Positions 1-12,000 of a DNA stretch of 64,000 bases are shown here, piece by piece. Source of the stretch: Ignavibacteria bacterium (lineage in GTDB: Bacteria; Bacteroidota; Ignavibacteria; Kapaibacteriales; UBA4661); assembly GCA_947459425.1 (NCBI GenBank), contig CANHDJ010000006.1, positions 19,008 to 83,007 on the forward strand. Direction: 5' to 3'. Within the stretch, counting starts at the first letter, position 1. Every line of letters starts with the position of its first letter. The position numbers and the translations under genes were made by a program. Under the pieces are notes generated by a model that ran no database searches, was not told the DNA's origin, and was given only the letters and a program-made list of their open reading frames with translations.

Positions 1-1
1 C

Positions 2-3000
2 GGGCTGTGCTGCACCCAAAAGCCGTTGCGCCAAAGCAGGTGAGTAGTCGTTGATGACCACATCCACTCGCACTGCCGCACCCGGCGCGGCTTCTTTTGG
101 CGAGGCTTGCGCGACAAACGAGACTGCCGCATCATCGGAGCGCACAAGACGCGAATATGCCCGAATATCGCCCTGCACACGATCGTTTCCTGCATCGGCT
201 TCCACAACACCCAGTTTGAAGCCACCAGTGCGAGTCGCACACCGAACCTGAACAAATGCCGATTCGCCTGCACCGATAACACGGTTACTGTTCGCATCTC
301 CATCAACAATGACGAAGGTGCTATCGGTCGTGTTGCCTCGCGCTGTCAGCATTCGCACTGCTCTCAGCGTTTGAGGTTGATTACTCCGATTGCTTACCCG
401 AAGGATTTTCAAGACCGTTTTGCCAACCCGCACCGAATCAAAACTTAACGGCTCAATAAATATCGCCCCGCCGCGCCCCGTGAGCGCCCGCTCAATACTC
501 ACTGAGCGCATACCTTGACCACGTGCATCGGAATAGGCGACTGTCACATTTGCGCGAATCGTATCGGCGCGGTCAGGTTTGAAGAGGACATCAAACGTTG
601 CTGTTGCGTCTTTTGCTAGGCGTGTTCGCGTGAAATTCAGAGCGAAAACATTCGCCATACCGCTTTCAACCTGTGCGGATTCAACCGTCACATCGTCTTC
701 GCCAATATTTACGATTGTACCACTTGCCCGCGCACTATCGCCGATGGTCACTCTGCCCAGATTCACACTGCTAAAGGCAATATCTTGACCAAACGGCGCA
801 ATACGGAACGAAAGCGTATCCGACCACGACGCAAGCAAATCCGACAACTGCGACGATGCACGAACCGACCAGAAATACTGTACACCGCGCTCTAAGAGCG
901 TTCCACGTCCGGCACTTCGCGCAAATGCCAGAACGACGCTATCCCCCTGCTCTGGCGACGAGATACTCACGCTCTGCACATCCGTCCGCAACGCCACGTC
1001 GCGGGCAACAACAAGTGTGTAAGAATCCGCACCAGCGCTTGCTTGCCAACGGAACGATGGGCGTGGGGCGATATTGGTGGATGCCGCCGACGGGAAAATG
1101 AGGCGTGGTGCTGGCACGGACTGTGCCGCACCCGTCACCGATACTCGCACGGGAGCGGTTTGAAGCGTGAGATTGCTCACCAGCGTATTGGTTGCACGGC
1201 AGAAATACGTGCCGACATCCTGCACCTGAATATTGCTCAAAACCAGCGTTGCCGCCGTTGCGCCGCGCAAGCTATTACCATTTTTGAACCACTGGTAGCG
1301 TGTCGCCGTGCCGCCGATAGCCGATGGAATTTCCAGAATATCGCCCACCGTTGCGAGGACATCATCCGACGCTTTCGGAAGGTCTTGCCCGTTTGCGGAG
1401 AAGGATTTGACGCGGGTAAAGGCTTCGAGGCTGCTAAATTCCAGTTGATTACTGTCAAGCAGCACCGTGTCTAGTCTGGAAGAAACAAGTCTGCCCAAAG
1501 GCGCTAGATTGGGGATACGAGTAAGACGGTTGCCCAAAGCGCTTAAAACCTGAAGCCCGGCGGCTTTTGCGAAACTTGTCGGCAATGCACCGGTGAAGCG
1601 GTTATTATCAATCGAAAATTCTTTCAGATTTTCCGCAAAGAATGATGGAATCTCGCCGCTCAATCGGTTCTTCGCCAAACGCAGAATGTTGATGCCCTGC
1701 CAACGAAGAATTGTCTCCGGCAATCTGCCCGTTAGTCCGCAATTTTCCGCCCGTAATTCGCGCAGCATCGGGATATTGCCCCATTCTTCAGGAATACCGC
1801 CTGTGAACGCATTATGACTAACATCAATAACTTCTACGATTGGAGCGCGGGTTGTGCGGGCTGCTTTCGCCGTTACCCGCGCCCCGCCCGTACCGATTTC
1901 GGGCGGCAGAGCGCCCGTGAGCATATTGTTGCTCACCCTCAATTCGCGCAAACTCACCATTGCTCCTAATTGCCAAGGAAGCAGTGACGTAAAACGATTA
2001 AAGCTCAAATTCAGGGTTTCAATTTTGTCCAACTCTGTGATACAGACAGGAATTTCGCCCGTGAGATTGTTCCGGCTTACATCCATAAAGCGGAGATTGC
2101 GGTATTGGCAGATTATTCCCGGCGTAAGCACCCCGGAGAAACGATTATTACTCAAGTTTAAGACTTCTAACTTTCTCAGTGTCGCCAATGTCGTCGGAAG
2201 CTGCCCGTCAAGCAGATTATTCGACAAATCCAGTTCACGCAATTCAGTCAAGGTCGAAATAACAGGTGGAATCGGACCTCGCAAACCCGCATTGGAAAGC
2301 CGTAGAGCAGTAATACGATTATTCTGGGTTTCAAATTGCAAACGACGCGAATCGCCGCCAAGTAAGGCAATAAGAGCGTTCGCAGCATTGGTGTCGCCCT
2401 CCAACGACGACGGGAAAATAATCGCTGTACGAGAATTAACAACGCCAAAGACTGTTCTTAGGCTGATAATACCTTGCGCACTTCTGCTGGCGGCGGTGCT
2501 GAGAATAGCAGTGATGCGGTTTGAGGAGTTAATCACAAAACTTGCCACCGGAATCCCACCGACCTCAATATCCTGCACTGCCGTCAAATTCAATCCGGTA
2601 ATAATGACCTCACCCCCCGGAACAGCATTGGTCGGTGAAAAGCTCGTAATAACCGGCTGCCCGCCCGCTAAAGCAGCATTGATAATCGTTGCTGCGGTTG
2701 AAGCCCCACCATCAACCGACTGAACGGCAAGCGCTCCTGATGCCGGAATGCGGACACTATCCGGGCTGAAGGAAAATGGTACTCTGACGACCACCCGCGA
2801 ACTGTCAAGAATACGGAATGTTGCCGCCGTGCCGCCGATGGTAACACTTGTTATCAAATCCATTGCTGTTCCGGTGAGTGTGATTTCCTCGCCTCCGGCA
2901 GCATCAGGCGGCGTGACACTCAGAATACGCGGCACATTGATAACACGGAAAGCATCATTAACCACAACGCGGTTATAGACACCCAACACATCCATGCTGG

Positions 3001-6000
3001 TCGCTGCCGATGAAAGTGTAGCATTCGTGCCATTGAGTAACCCTGTCGTCGGAATAATCAGCGTGATAGCCGCCGATGAGGAAATAAGCCATGACGCATT
3101 TGTCGAACCAATGCTGGTGATAAGTTTGATTTGCTGAATAAGCTCCAAATTTGCCCCCGTCACCCGCACTCGCCCGCCAAGCGTCGTGATTTTATCCCGC
3201 ACCTCCGAGATAACCACAATCCGCACGGGGTCGAGTCCATTTGGTGTGCCGTTGGGTAATGGATTATAGGCAAACAGTGTTGCGGTGGTCGCAATCCCGC
3301 TTCCCGTGCGGACGCTGATGGGAACTTGCGTTGCGCTTGTTGATTCTCGCGCCGGAACGATGAGCGTTATCCGCGTTGGCGAATTGACGGTAAACTGCGC
3401 CGTCGAAGAGCCGAAGCGCACGGTCTGTACACCAATGAAATTCTGCCCAAAGAGCGTGATGGTCTGCCCCGTCGAAGCAAGCGGCGGATTGATGCTCATA
3501 ATCTGCGGCGGCGGTATCAGCACGAGCGCATTGGTGGAAATTGCCGTTCCGCCCAAGGTCGCAATCGTGATAATCTGGTTTGCGGCGTTAAGTGGAATAG
3601 TCGTTGTGATAGTATTTCCAGCCATGTCCACCGTAAAGCCTGTTGGCGGAATCTGAACGCCGCCAATGCTGAGGAAGTTTGCGCCTGTGAAATTTGCGCC
3701 GCTAATGGTGACAGGTACACCCAAGCCCGCAGGATTTGGTAATGCACCAAAAATACGCGGTGCGGGGATAAATGTAAAATTAGAACCCGATGCAGCACCG
3801 CCGCTCGGCGAACCAATTTGAATCGGACCAGAGCCAACCGTACCAATTTGAACGCTAATGGTTGTTGAGGAAAGTACTTGAAAACCAGCAACGTTGATAC
3901 CGCCAATGGCAATGGCATTAACTCCCGTGAGGTTCGTTCCTGTGATGGTCATCACGGTTTGCTCACCGCCTATGGACGGCGAAAAGCCCGTAATGCTTGG
4001 ACCCGAAAGCGTTGGACCAACGGCAGCAAAAAATCGCTCGCCGCTAATTTGTGCTGCATCGCCGACAAGCGAGGCTCCTTGCGCTATGGGAAGCAGTGCG
4101 CCGCCAAGTCCGTTATACAATCCCGTCTTTATATTGCTCACCACCAGTCTGTTATCTGCCGCAAAAGGTGGATTGGGGCGTATGACACCAACTTGCGCTC
4201 CGCCAAAATTCCCCGAAAGCAGCTCTACGCGCCAGTGTTCGCTTGAACTCAAGGCACCATTCACACCCAATGCCACACCACCACCCGCACCAACGGCAAA
4301 CGCCTCTGCCGCAACAATCGGGCTGACGCTACCAGTCGTTGCATTCAAGAGCGTCAGTGGCAAATAGGTCGAACCTTTGCCAATCGGGTAAAAATGCGAA
4401 CGAGCATCTACGGGCGTAAGATTTGTTGGCAATGCCCGCGCCAGCGTCCCACCGATAAACGACGAGAACGAACCGCCCAGAAGCGCTGTATCGGCGCTAT
4501 TTGTCAAGCGCACGATGCCCGGGAGCGACGGAACGATATTGCCGCCGAAGAGCGATAATTGTGAGCCAATCGTCAGGGAATCGCCTAGCGTCATTGCCAC
4601 GCCTGTGCGCTGCATCGTGAGCCAGCCGAGAGATTTTGTGCTGAAATTGATAGCGCCCGTAATAGAGCCACTTCCGGCGATAGTCAATCCATGCGTGAGA
4701 TTGGTAGCGAACTGCGACGGGTTGAACGAAATTGCGCCTTCCAAACGCAAGCGCGTGGAATCTTTGCCGAAATCCAGCGTGGAGTTTTGGAGTGTGAGTG
4801 CGCCTTGAATCGTGATATCGCGAATATTGGCGTTTGTTTCCAAGCGCAAGCGTCCGTTGCTGACGCGCACACTGCCAAGCATAGTGGCAGGAAACTCGCT
4901 GCTTGTGGCGGTACGGTTTGCGGGCGTGTCGTAGAACAGTTGCGCGGTTTGCCCAAGATAGAACACGCCAGAGGGCGCAATAAATCTGGATGAGTCGGCG
5001 ATAGCCAATGTTCCGCCGTTGCTCACACGCATAATGCCATTTACGGCTACTGTATCGCTACCAGTGCGTACCGTCAGCGTTCCCCCGCCATTGACCGTCA
5101 CAAATATCCCCGGAACAAAAGTGGCTGCGGCTGTAAACAGAGCATTTCTGCCCGTCGGAACGATAAATGATGTTCCCGGAGTCAAGAAATCTATTGCCGG
5201 AGCGCCTGTGCCATTTTCTTCTGAGTTCCAACTTGCGGGAATTTGTGCCGCTCCACTGTTGTAGTAAAAAGCATTCGGCAGCGTACCAAGCGCGAAAAAT
5301 CTATTGGCAGACAGTACAGGACTGAAACTAAGGACGCTTGGCGGAGAAACCGCCCCACCAAGTCCGTTGTACGAACCCGTTTGCGTAGCAGAATGCCCCA
5401 CCACCGATGACGATGGAAGCATGGGCGTAGGACGCGATAAACTCACCAAACCGCTTGTAAACGCCCCGCCTTGAAGACTTGTTTGCCAGTATTCTGAAGA
5501 ACTTACTGTCGAAAAAGCAGAACCCGGCATACCACCAGAGCCGATATTAAACGCCTCTGCCTGCACGACGGCGGAATTTGCGGTAACATTTTGAAAGCGC
5601 ATCGGCAAATACAGTCCGCCTTTGCCAATTGGGAAATCAAACGTTCCGGCATTATTCAACACGGCTGGAAGCAATGCACGGCGCAGTTTACCGCTAATAT
5701 AGGTTGTTGCAGACCCCGCAGCAGTTAGGGTATTTGTCACCGAGACAATGTCCGCCGTATTATTGGTCTGAATAATACCGTTGGTCAAAAGCAAGGTATT
5801 GGTAACAAGCGATGACCCCGAAGCAAGCGACAGCGTTGCGTTCATACGATTCATCTCAACCAGAGCATAGCCGGGAGAAAGGTTGTTCATCTGCCCCGTT
5901 ATTGCGCCTGTGCCGAGTACCCGCAACGTTCCAAAATTCATGGGCGACGACAGTGTTCCTGCGCCAAAATTGATTGCACCATTGAGTGTTAATGCGCTTA

Positions 6001-9000
6001 CGCCAACGCCGAATGCCCCACCGTTCAGATTGAATGCGCCATTGCTGGTCATTGCACCCGTGCTTGCCAGATTCACCGCCGCCGCGCCTGTCATCGTGAA
6101 GCTGCCCCCCGCGCCAACGGTAATTGCTCCTGTGCCGTTGGAAGTGAGCGAAGTTCCATTAAAGGCGGTTGCGCTGTTGAATGTCAGCGTTGCGGCATTA
6201 TTGAGCGTGACCGCGCCGCCACTATTGGTGAAACCGCCATTGAACGTGAGATTGGCAGTGTTATCGCCAAGCATCGTTCCGCCGGAGAAGGTAAAGGTAT
6301 TGTTGGCGACAAGTTGAGCAGTGTTTAGGAAATTGAATGTTCCCGCAGCGACTATTGATGCGCCGTTCAAGGTGAGTGTTTGCGCACCATTTATCACCAT
6401 TCCTCCGGCAGCATTTTTGGAAAACGTCCCTGCAATCGTTTTGCTGCCGTCCAACAAGAAATCGGCTGCTCCTGCACTTCTGCTCACAACGAGGCTTCCA
6501 GCAAAGAGCGCAGGGAACTCGCGGTCATTGGTCGTGCGATTGGCAATAACGCCACCAGTATACTCAAGCACAGAGGTTGCTGCGGCATATGTAACAGGGT
6601 TTGCCGAACCGGGAGCAATATTGCCGTTGTCATGAAGTTGCAGCCGCCCACCGCCTTGAATAGTGACCGCGCCGTCATTCGTCAGCGTCTGCCCTGCAAG
6701 GACGTTGAGCGTTGAACCACCCGCCGAACCACTGACTTGAAACGCAGAACCGACATTGACGGTCAATGGAGCGGTAATATTCGCTGCCGCGGGGTCTTGC
6801 GCCACAGAGCCGATGATGTAGGTTGCGCCGGGAAGTCCAACGGATGCGGGGCTAACGAGAGGAAAACCTGCAAGTTGCCAGTTCGTGTTGAGATTTGCAT
6901 TACCAGTGGCAAGTTTGAAATGGAACGTTGCGGGAATAATATCAAAAGCATTACTCGTGCCAGCAGTAAGCCCGCCCGATGAAGCGTTCAACGTTCCAGC
7001 AGCAACGAGGTTGTTAAACGTAAAAATCGGCAACGTCGCCACGCCAGCGACAGGCGCGACTGACACGGGAGTACCAATCAAACTCGGATGTGCAACAGCA
7101 ACATTCGGCGCAACATAATCAAGGTCAATGTTGGTGTTGCCGTCTTCTGCCTGCACAACAACTGCCGAAGCCATTGGAACACCGACGGGCGTTGTGGCTG
7201 GCGGGTTGGTGGTAAAAGCAAGTTGTGTGGCCGTTACTTCGACGCGGTTGTTGTTACCCGCCGTCGAACTTGGTCCAGCAACAGCGAAAGCGGCTTTTTG
7301 TGTGCTGACCGCAGCAGCATCCATCACGACATTTGCCTGATTTATCGAAAAACTCACTTGACGATTGTCCATCGGCGCAACAAGTGGCGTGGTGCGGAAA
7401 CGGGCGCGAATAATGTAATCTTTCGTTCCATTGTCAGGTGCGCTTGGGCGTAGCGCGGCCGGTATTCCGCTAAAGGTTACAAGGCTTGTACCAGCCGAAA
7501 CGACGGGTTGTGTTTGAATCAAGCCCGCGCCATCGTACAAGGCAATTTCTTGAAGAACACCCCCAACGTCATTCACCGTTACGCCAAGGGATGTTATCGT
7601 GCTTGGCTTATTGTCAATATCGCCCTGCGTTGGAATACTGCCAAAATCACGAATACGAAACGACCACACGGCGGGATGTGCCGCGCTCATTGCGCCAGTG
7701 TACGTCGCGTAAGGAATATTTGTTGGCGGCACGAATGCCGGAGTTGGGATAATATCTGCTTCGTCGCAGCCGCCTGACGGTGGGATTGGGTCAACCACAC
7801 GAATAACCGCAATAGCGTTCGTAGGATCGTTATTGAACCTAACAGGATGTGGATTGCAGTAATAATGTAGTGTCCAATTTTGAGTAATGTAGTAAATACC
7901 AGGCTTTGTGGGCGCATTAAAGGTAATTGGTGTGCCAATCGGCACTGACCCCATTGAACCATTGCTAACTCCCGTACCGATACACTGCGTGAAGCCTGTC
8001 GCACTCGAACCATCTCCTGCAAAACCGCTACCACCTTCGATACCAATGTACATTTGCACAACGCAGCCAGGACAATATGGTGCCCCCCACGTCATATTCC
8101 AATCAAAACTCATATTGATTGCAGTACCCGGATTTACATTCATAGAAACCGTGCCAACGACAGGAGCGGCGGGAGCAAGAGCCATTCCGACATTGCTAAA
8201 ATTCATATTTCGTCCGCCAATGCCCAAAATCGGTAAAGCAGGTGGTGTAGAAGGTGGTGTACATCCCCAATACGTTGGTGTGGCGTTCATCATGAAGGAA
8301 TTGCTCACCCCTGTTAATGCAGCAAGTGTTGCGGTGAGGGTAGATGTACCTGTTCCCGACATCTGTACCCCACTAAACGTCGCAATGCCCAAACCTGCAC
8401 CAAGCACAACTGCCCCACCCGCAGAAACGGCTATGGGTGCGCCTGTGAGGGTAACGGTTCCAGCGGCATCAAGGTCGAGATTATTATTCACATCTACTGC
8501 CCGCACATCCACCGAAGGCGCAAAATTGGTATTGACGATTTGATTACCGACCGCATTGGGGAAGGAGAGCGTTGTCGCCACAACACTTACCCGATTATTA
8601 TTCCCCGCCACCGAACTTGCTAATGCCGGAAAAGCCGCAAAGGTCGAAGTAGCAGCATTTGCAACAGCGCCGGTGATAGTAAAGCCTACATTGGCATTAT
8701 CCGTTACGTTAGATTTGAACGTGCAGTGCAGCGCAAGACGTTTCGTTGTAGCATTCGCAATGGAAAGTGTCAAACCCGTGAAGGAAAGCGCACCATTAAC
8801 AGCCGTGATTTCGTCTAATTCTGTCGCGCCGTCATACAGGGCGATTTTTTCCAACTGCCCACTCGCGTCATTCAATGTGAAATTAAGCGTATTCAACACC
8901 GTTGGCAAACCATCGCCGCCATTATCGCGCACATCAAACTCGAAGAGCGAAATAGACGTTGCCGTTACGTTGCCGCCAAGATTTGCTGCCGCGCCAAATT

Positions 9001-12000
9001 GCGCAAGCAAAATGGGTGCAGTGTAGGTATAAATCGGTCCTGTGGCAGCAACAATGTCGCTTGTGGCGGCGGGACCTGTGCCGATGGCAAAAAAGGTTGT
9101 TCCTACGCCGAGATTGTAAACATTTGAAGTAATATTGGGTACCGCGACAACTCCCGTCACGTCGTTATATGCACCACCAGCATTTACTCCCAGATGTGAG
9201 CCAAATTTTGAAGCTGCCGTTACGCTTGGATGACTGACGCGAACCTGTGCATTACACGCCGACGCTGCCGAAACATACCAATAGCCCGGAGAAGTCAGCG
9301 AACCAATAAAGGGCGCGTTATCAGTGCTTCCGGTTGGGGATGCCGCCGATGCGCCGAGGGTGATATTTGCGGCGGCGCTTGGAGCAATAATCGTTATTGG
9401 TCGGTAGCCCGCACTTGTACCAATGTCGAAAATACTTGTTGCGGAAACACCATTCTTGGTGAGAAAAGCATTGCTCAAATTTGCTCCGGGAGCAAACTCC
9501 ACGTAGGAAGTGGCGCTACCATTCAGAATACCTGTCCCCGCACTCAATACCAGACCACCTCCGGCAGGAATTTTCCAGTTTCCAAGCGTGAGGTCGAAAC
9601 TTGTACCGCTCACGGTAACAGTGCTTGCAGGCGCATTTACGCCACCACTGTTGTTGACAAGAATTGAGCCGCCAAACGTTCCCGGAAGCTCCCCGCCCGT
9701 CAAAGATTTGAGCGTTGTTCCGGCATATTCCAGTCTTGCCGTTGCCGCAGAATAGCTTGTCGTTCCCGCCACACCAATCGAGCTGTTTTCTTGAACGCGC
9801 AATCTGCCATTAGCGGCGACAGTAAGATCTCCTGCGATTGTATGCCCAAGTGATGTTCCTACTGCTGAGGTTTGTAATACACCTTGAGTTATCGTTGCAT
9901 TGACCGATAGAATCTTCCCATTTTGCAAAATGACAACATCCGTTGGCGAAGAGCGGTTTATGACCAAGCTCGAAATACTGCTTGGGCTTCCAACAAACTC
10001 TTTCCCAGTGGTATAGGAAGGATTTGCGCCTGTATATTGCAAAACGCCACTTCCGGCAAAGGTTGGAGATTGTGTACTGGCAACATTATATGACCCCGTG
10101 GCGTTCATCGTCAGTGTGCCGTTTACAAGCAATGTGCCATTATTGGTCAAATCTCCGCCCGTCGTGATGACGCACTCGGCAGGAGCAGCATTGACAACCA
10201 GTGACGCGCCGTTACCGATGCTATTGCCCGCCCCGGCAAGCGTGAGAATATTTGGGCTGGCGATAGTAAAGGTGCCATTATTTGGAGTAGGTGCCAGAAG
10301 AAGATTGCCATTAAGTATCGTACTTGCGCCAAGAGTAGCTGCACTGCCGGAACTGGCTATACTGATATTTCCAGCCATTGTTGCAGGGAGTTCTGCACCG
10401 GTGGTAAAGGGCGATCCCAAATATTCTAGAACCCCATTGGTTTGGTAGGTAGGCGTACCAGTCCACGTTGCTTTGGGCGTAAAGACAAATTGCAGCTTTC
10501 CTCCGGTTTGAACAGTGAGATTCGCTCCACCGCTTACAGTGCTACCATTTGCTGCTTGGAATGTTGCGCCATTTTGCACTTGACTTCCTGCACCCAACGT
10601 AAGATTTCCTCCTGCTGTAATAACAGAGCAAAATCCGGATTGCACAATCATTGGTCCGGTCATGCTTTTGGTACTGGTAATAAAGAGAGTCGAATTACCG
10701 GATTTGATGACAGTCACCGTACCGGGCATCGGGCTGGGAAATTCCGATCCGGCTTCCCACACACCTGAGGCGCTACCACCAGTGTAGTTCAGTTTTGCAG
10801 CAGTACCAGCATACGAATATGTGCCTGCCCCGGTAATTCGTGTGTTTGGATTGTTATCGCCTTCACATTCTAATGTCCCGCCTGCGCCCGCGTTGGAGAC
10901 AAGCACCGTTCCTGTATTTGCAAAATTTGTTCCTGTGCGAATTTTGAAGGTTGTTCCGGCTCCAATATCCAGCGTCCCGGCTACAGAATTTATCCCCAAG
11001 CCTGTATTGACAAGCGTTCCGGCATTCACGAGTGCAACCGTACCGGCAGCCACACTCAGTCCACCACCATCAAAAGTAAAGGAAGAGCCGAGGGTGAATG
11101 TTCTTGTTGCCCTGTTCATCGTCAGTCCAAAAAGATTTGTTACACCGATGCCGGAGAGCGTACCAGAGATAGTATTCGCAGCTACCCCCGAAATGGTAAA
11201 CCTTGCCCCAGTATTTCCGCCACCACCGATAGTTGCCGCATTCAAGGCTATGTTTCCTTGCAAATTGATGTCTGTAGTCGCATCCACGTTTAGCAAGCCT
11301 GCGCCAACATTCACCGTAAAATCGCCCTGAATCACACGCGCTCCACCAATCAGTTGGAGATTAGTGTTTGAGTTGTGAATAATGGAGCCGGGCATGGTGG
11401 CAGGAACAAGATGGTTTGTTCCTACTGTGCCAAAAGATGCGGTACTCGCCGCACCATTGGTAAATTCGAGAATGGAAGTTGCTCCAGCATAAACGATGGA
11501 CGGTGTTGCCGGAGTAGCGCTCGAAGCTGTTGCCTGTCCTTGTACTTGGAGTCTGCCACCAGCATTAACGTTCACGAGCGAACCAACCACCCCAGCCCGC
11601 AAGTCCATCGTTTCTTGGAGACGCAAGGTGCCGTTGACCGTGATACCGCCTTCATGCTGGAAAATTGGAAAAGCCCCAGATGGATTGGCAATAAAACTCG
11701 CTCCGGCATTGATCGTGATTAAACCCGAAAATCTGTGCGTGGTAGCCGCCGCAACATTCAGCGTTACTCCTCCGGTATTACTCACAATCACCTGACCGGG
11801 AAAACCCGTTGCGTAAATCGCATTCGTATTTCCATCCACCAATTCAAAGCCTGTCGTTTTAGCCGCAGTACCGGAGTAAAGAAGCGTCGAACCCGGATAG
11901 AACCCCATACCACTAGAGATCACAGCACCTGTACCGACAAGCTCCAGCGTTCCGACAATATTCCAACGGAAAGCGCCACCTGCTCCTTGCACGGTTGCAC

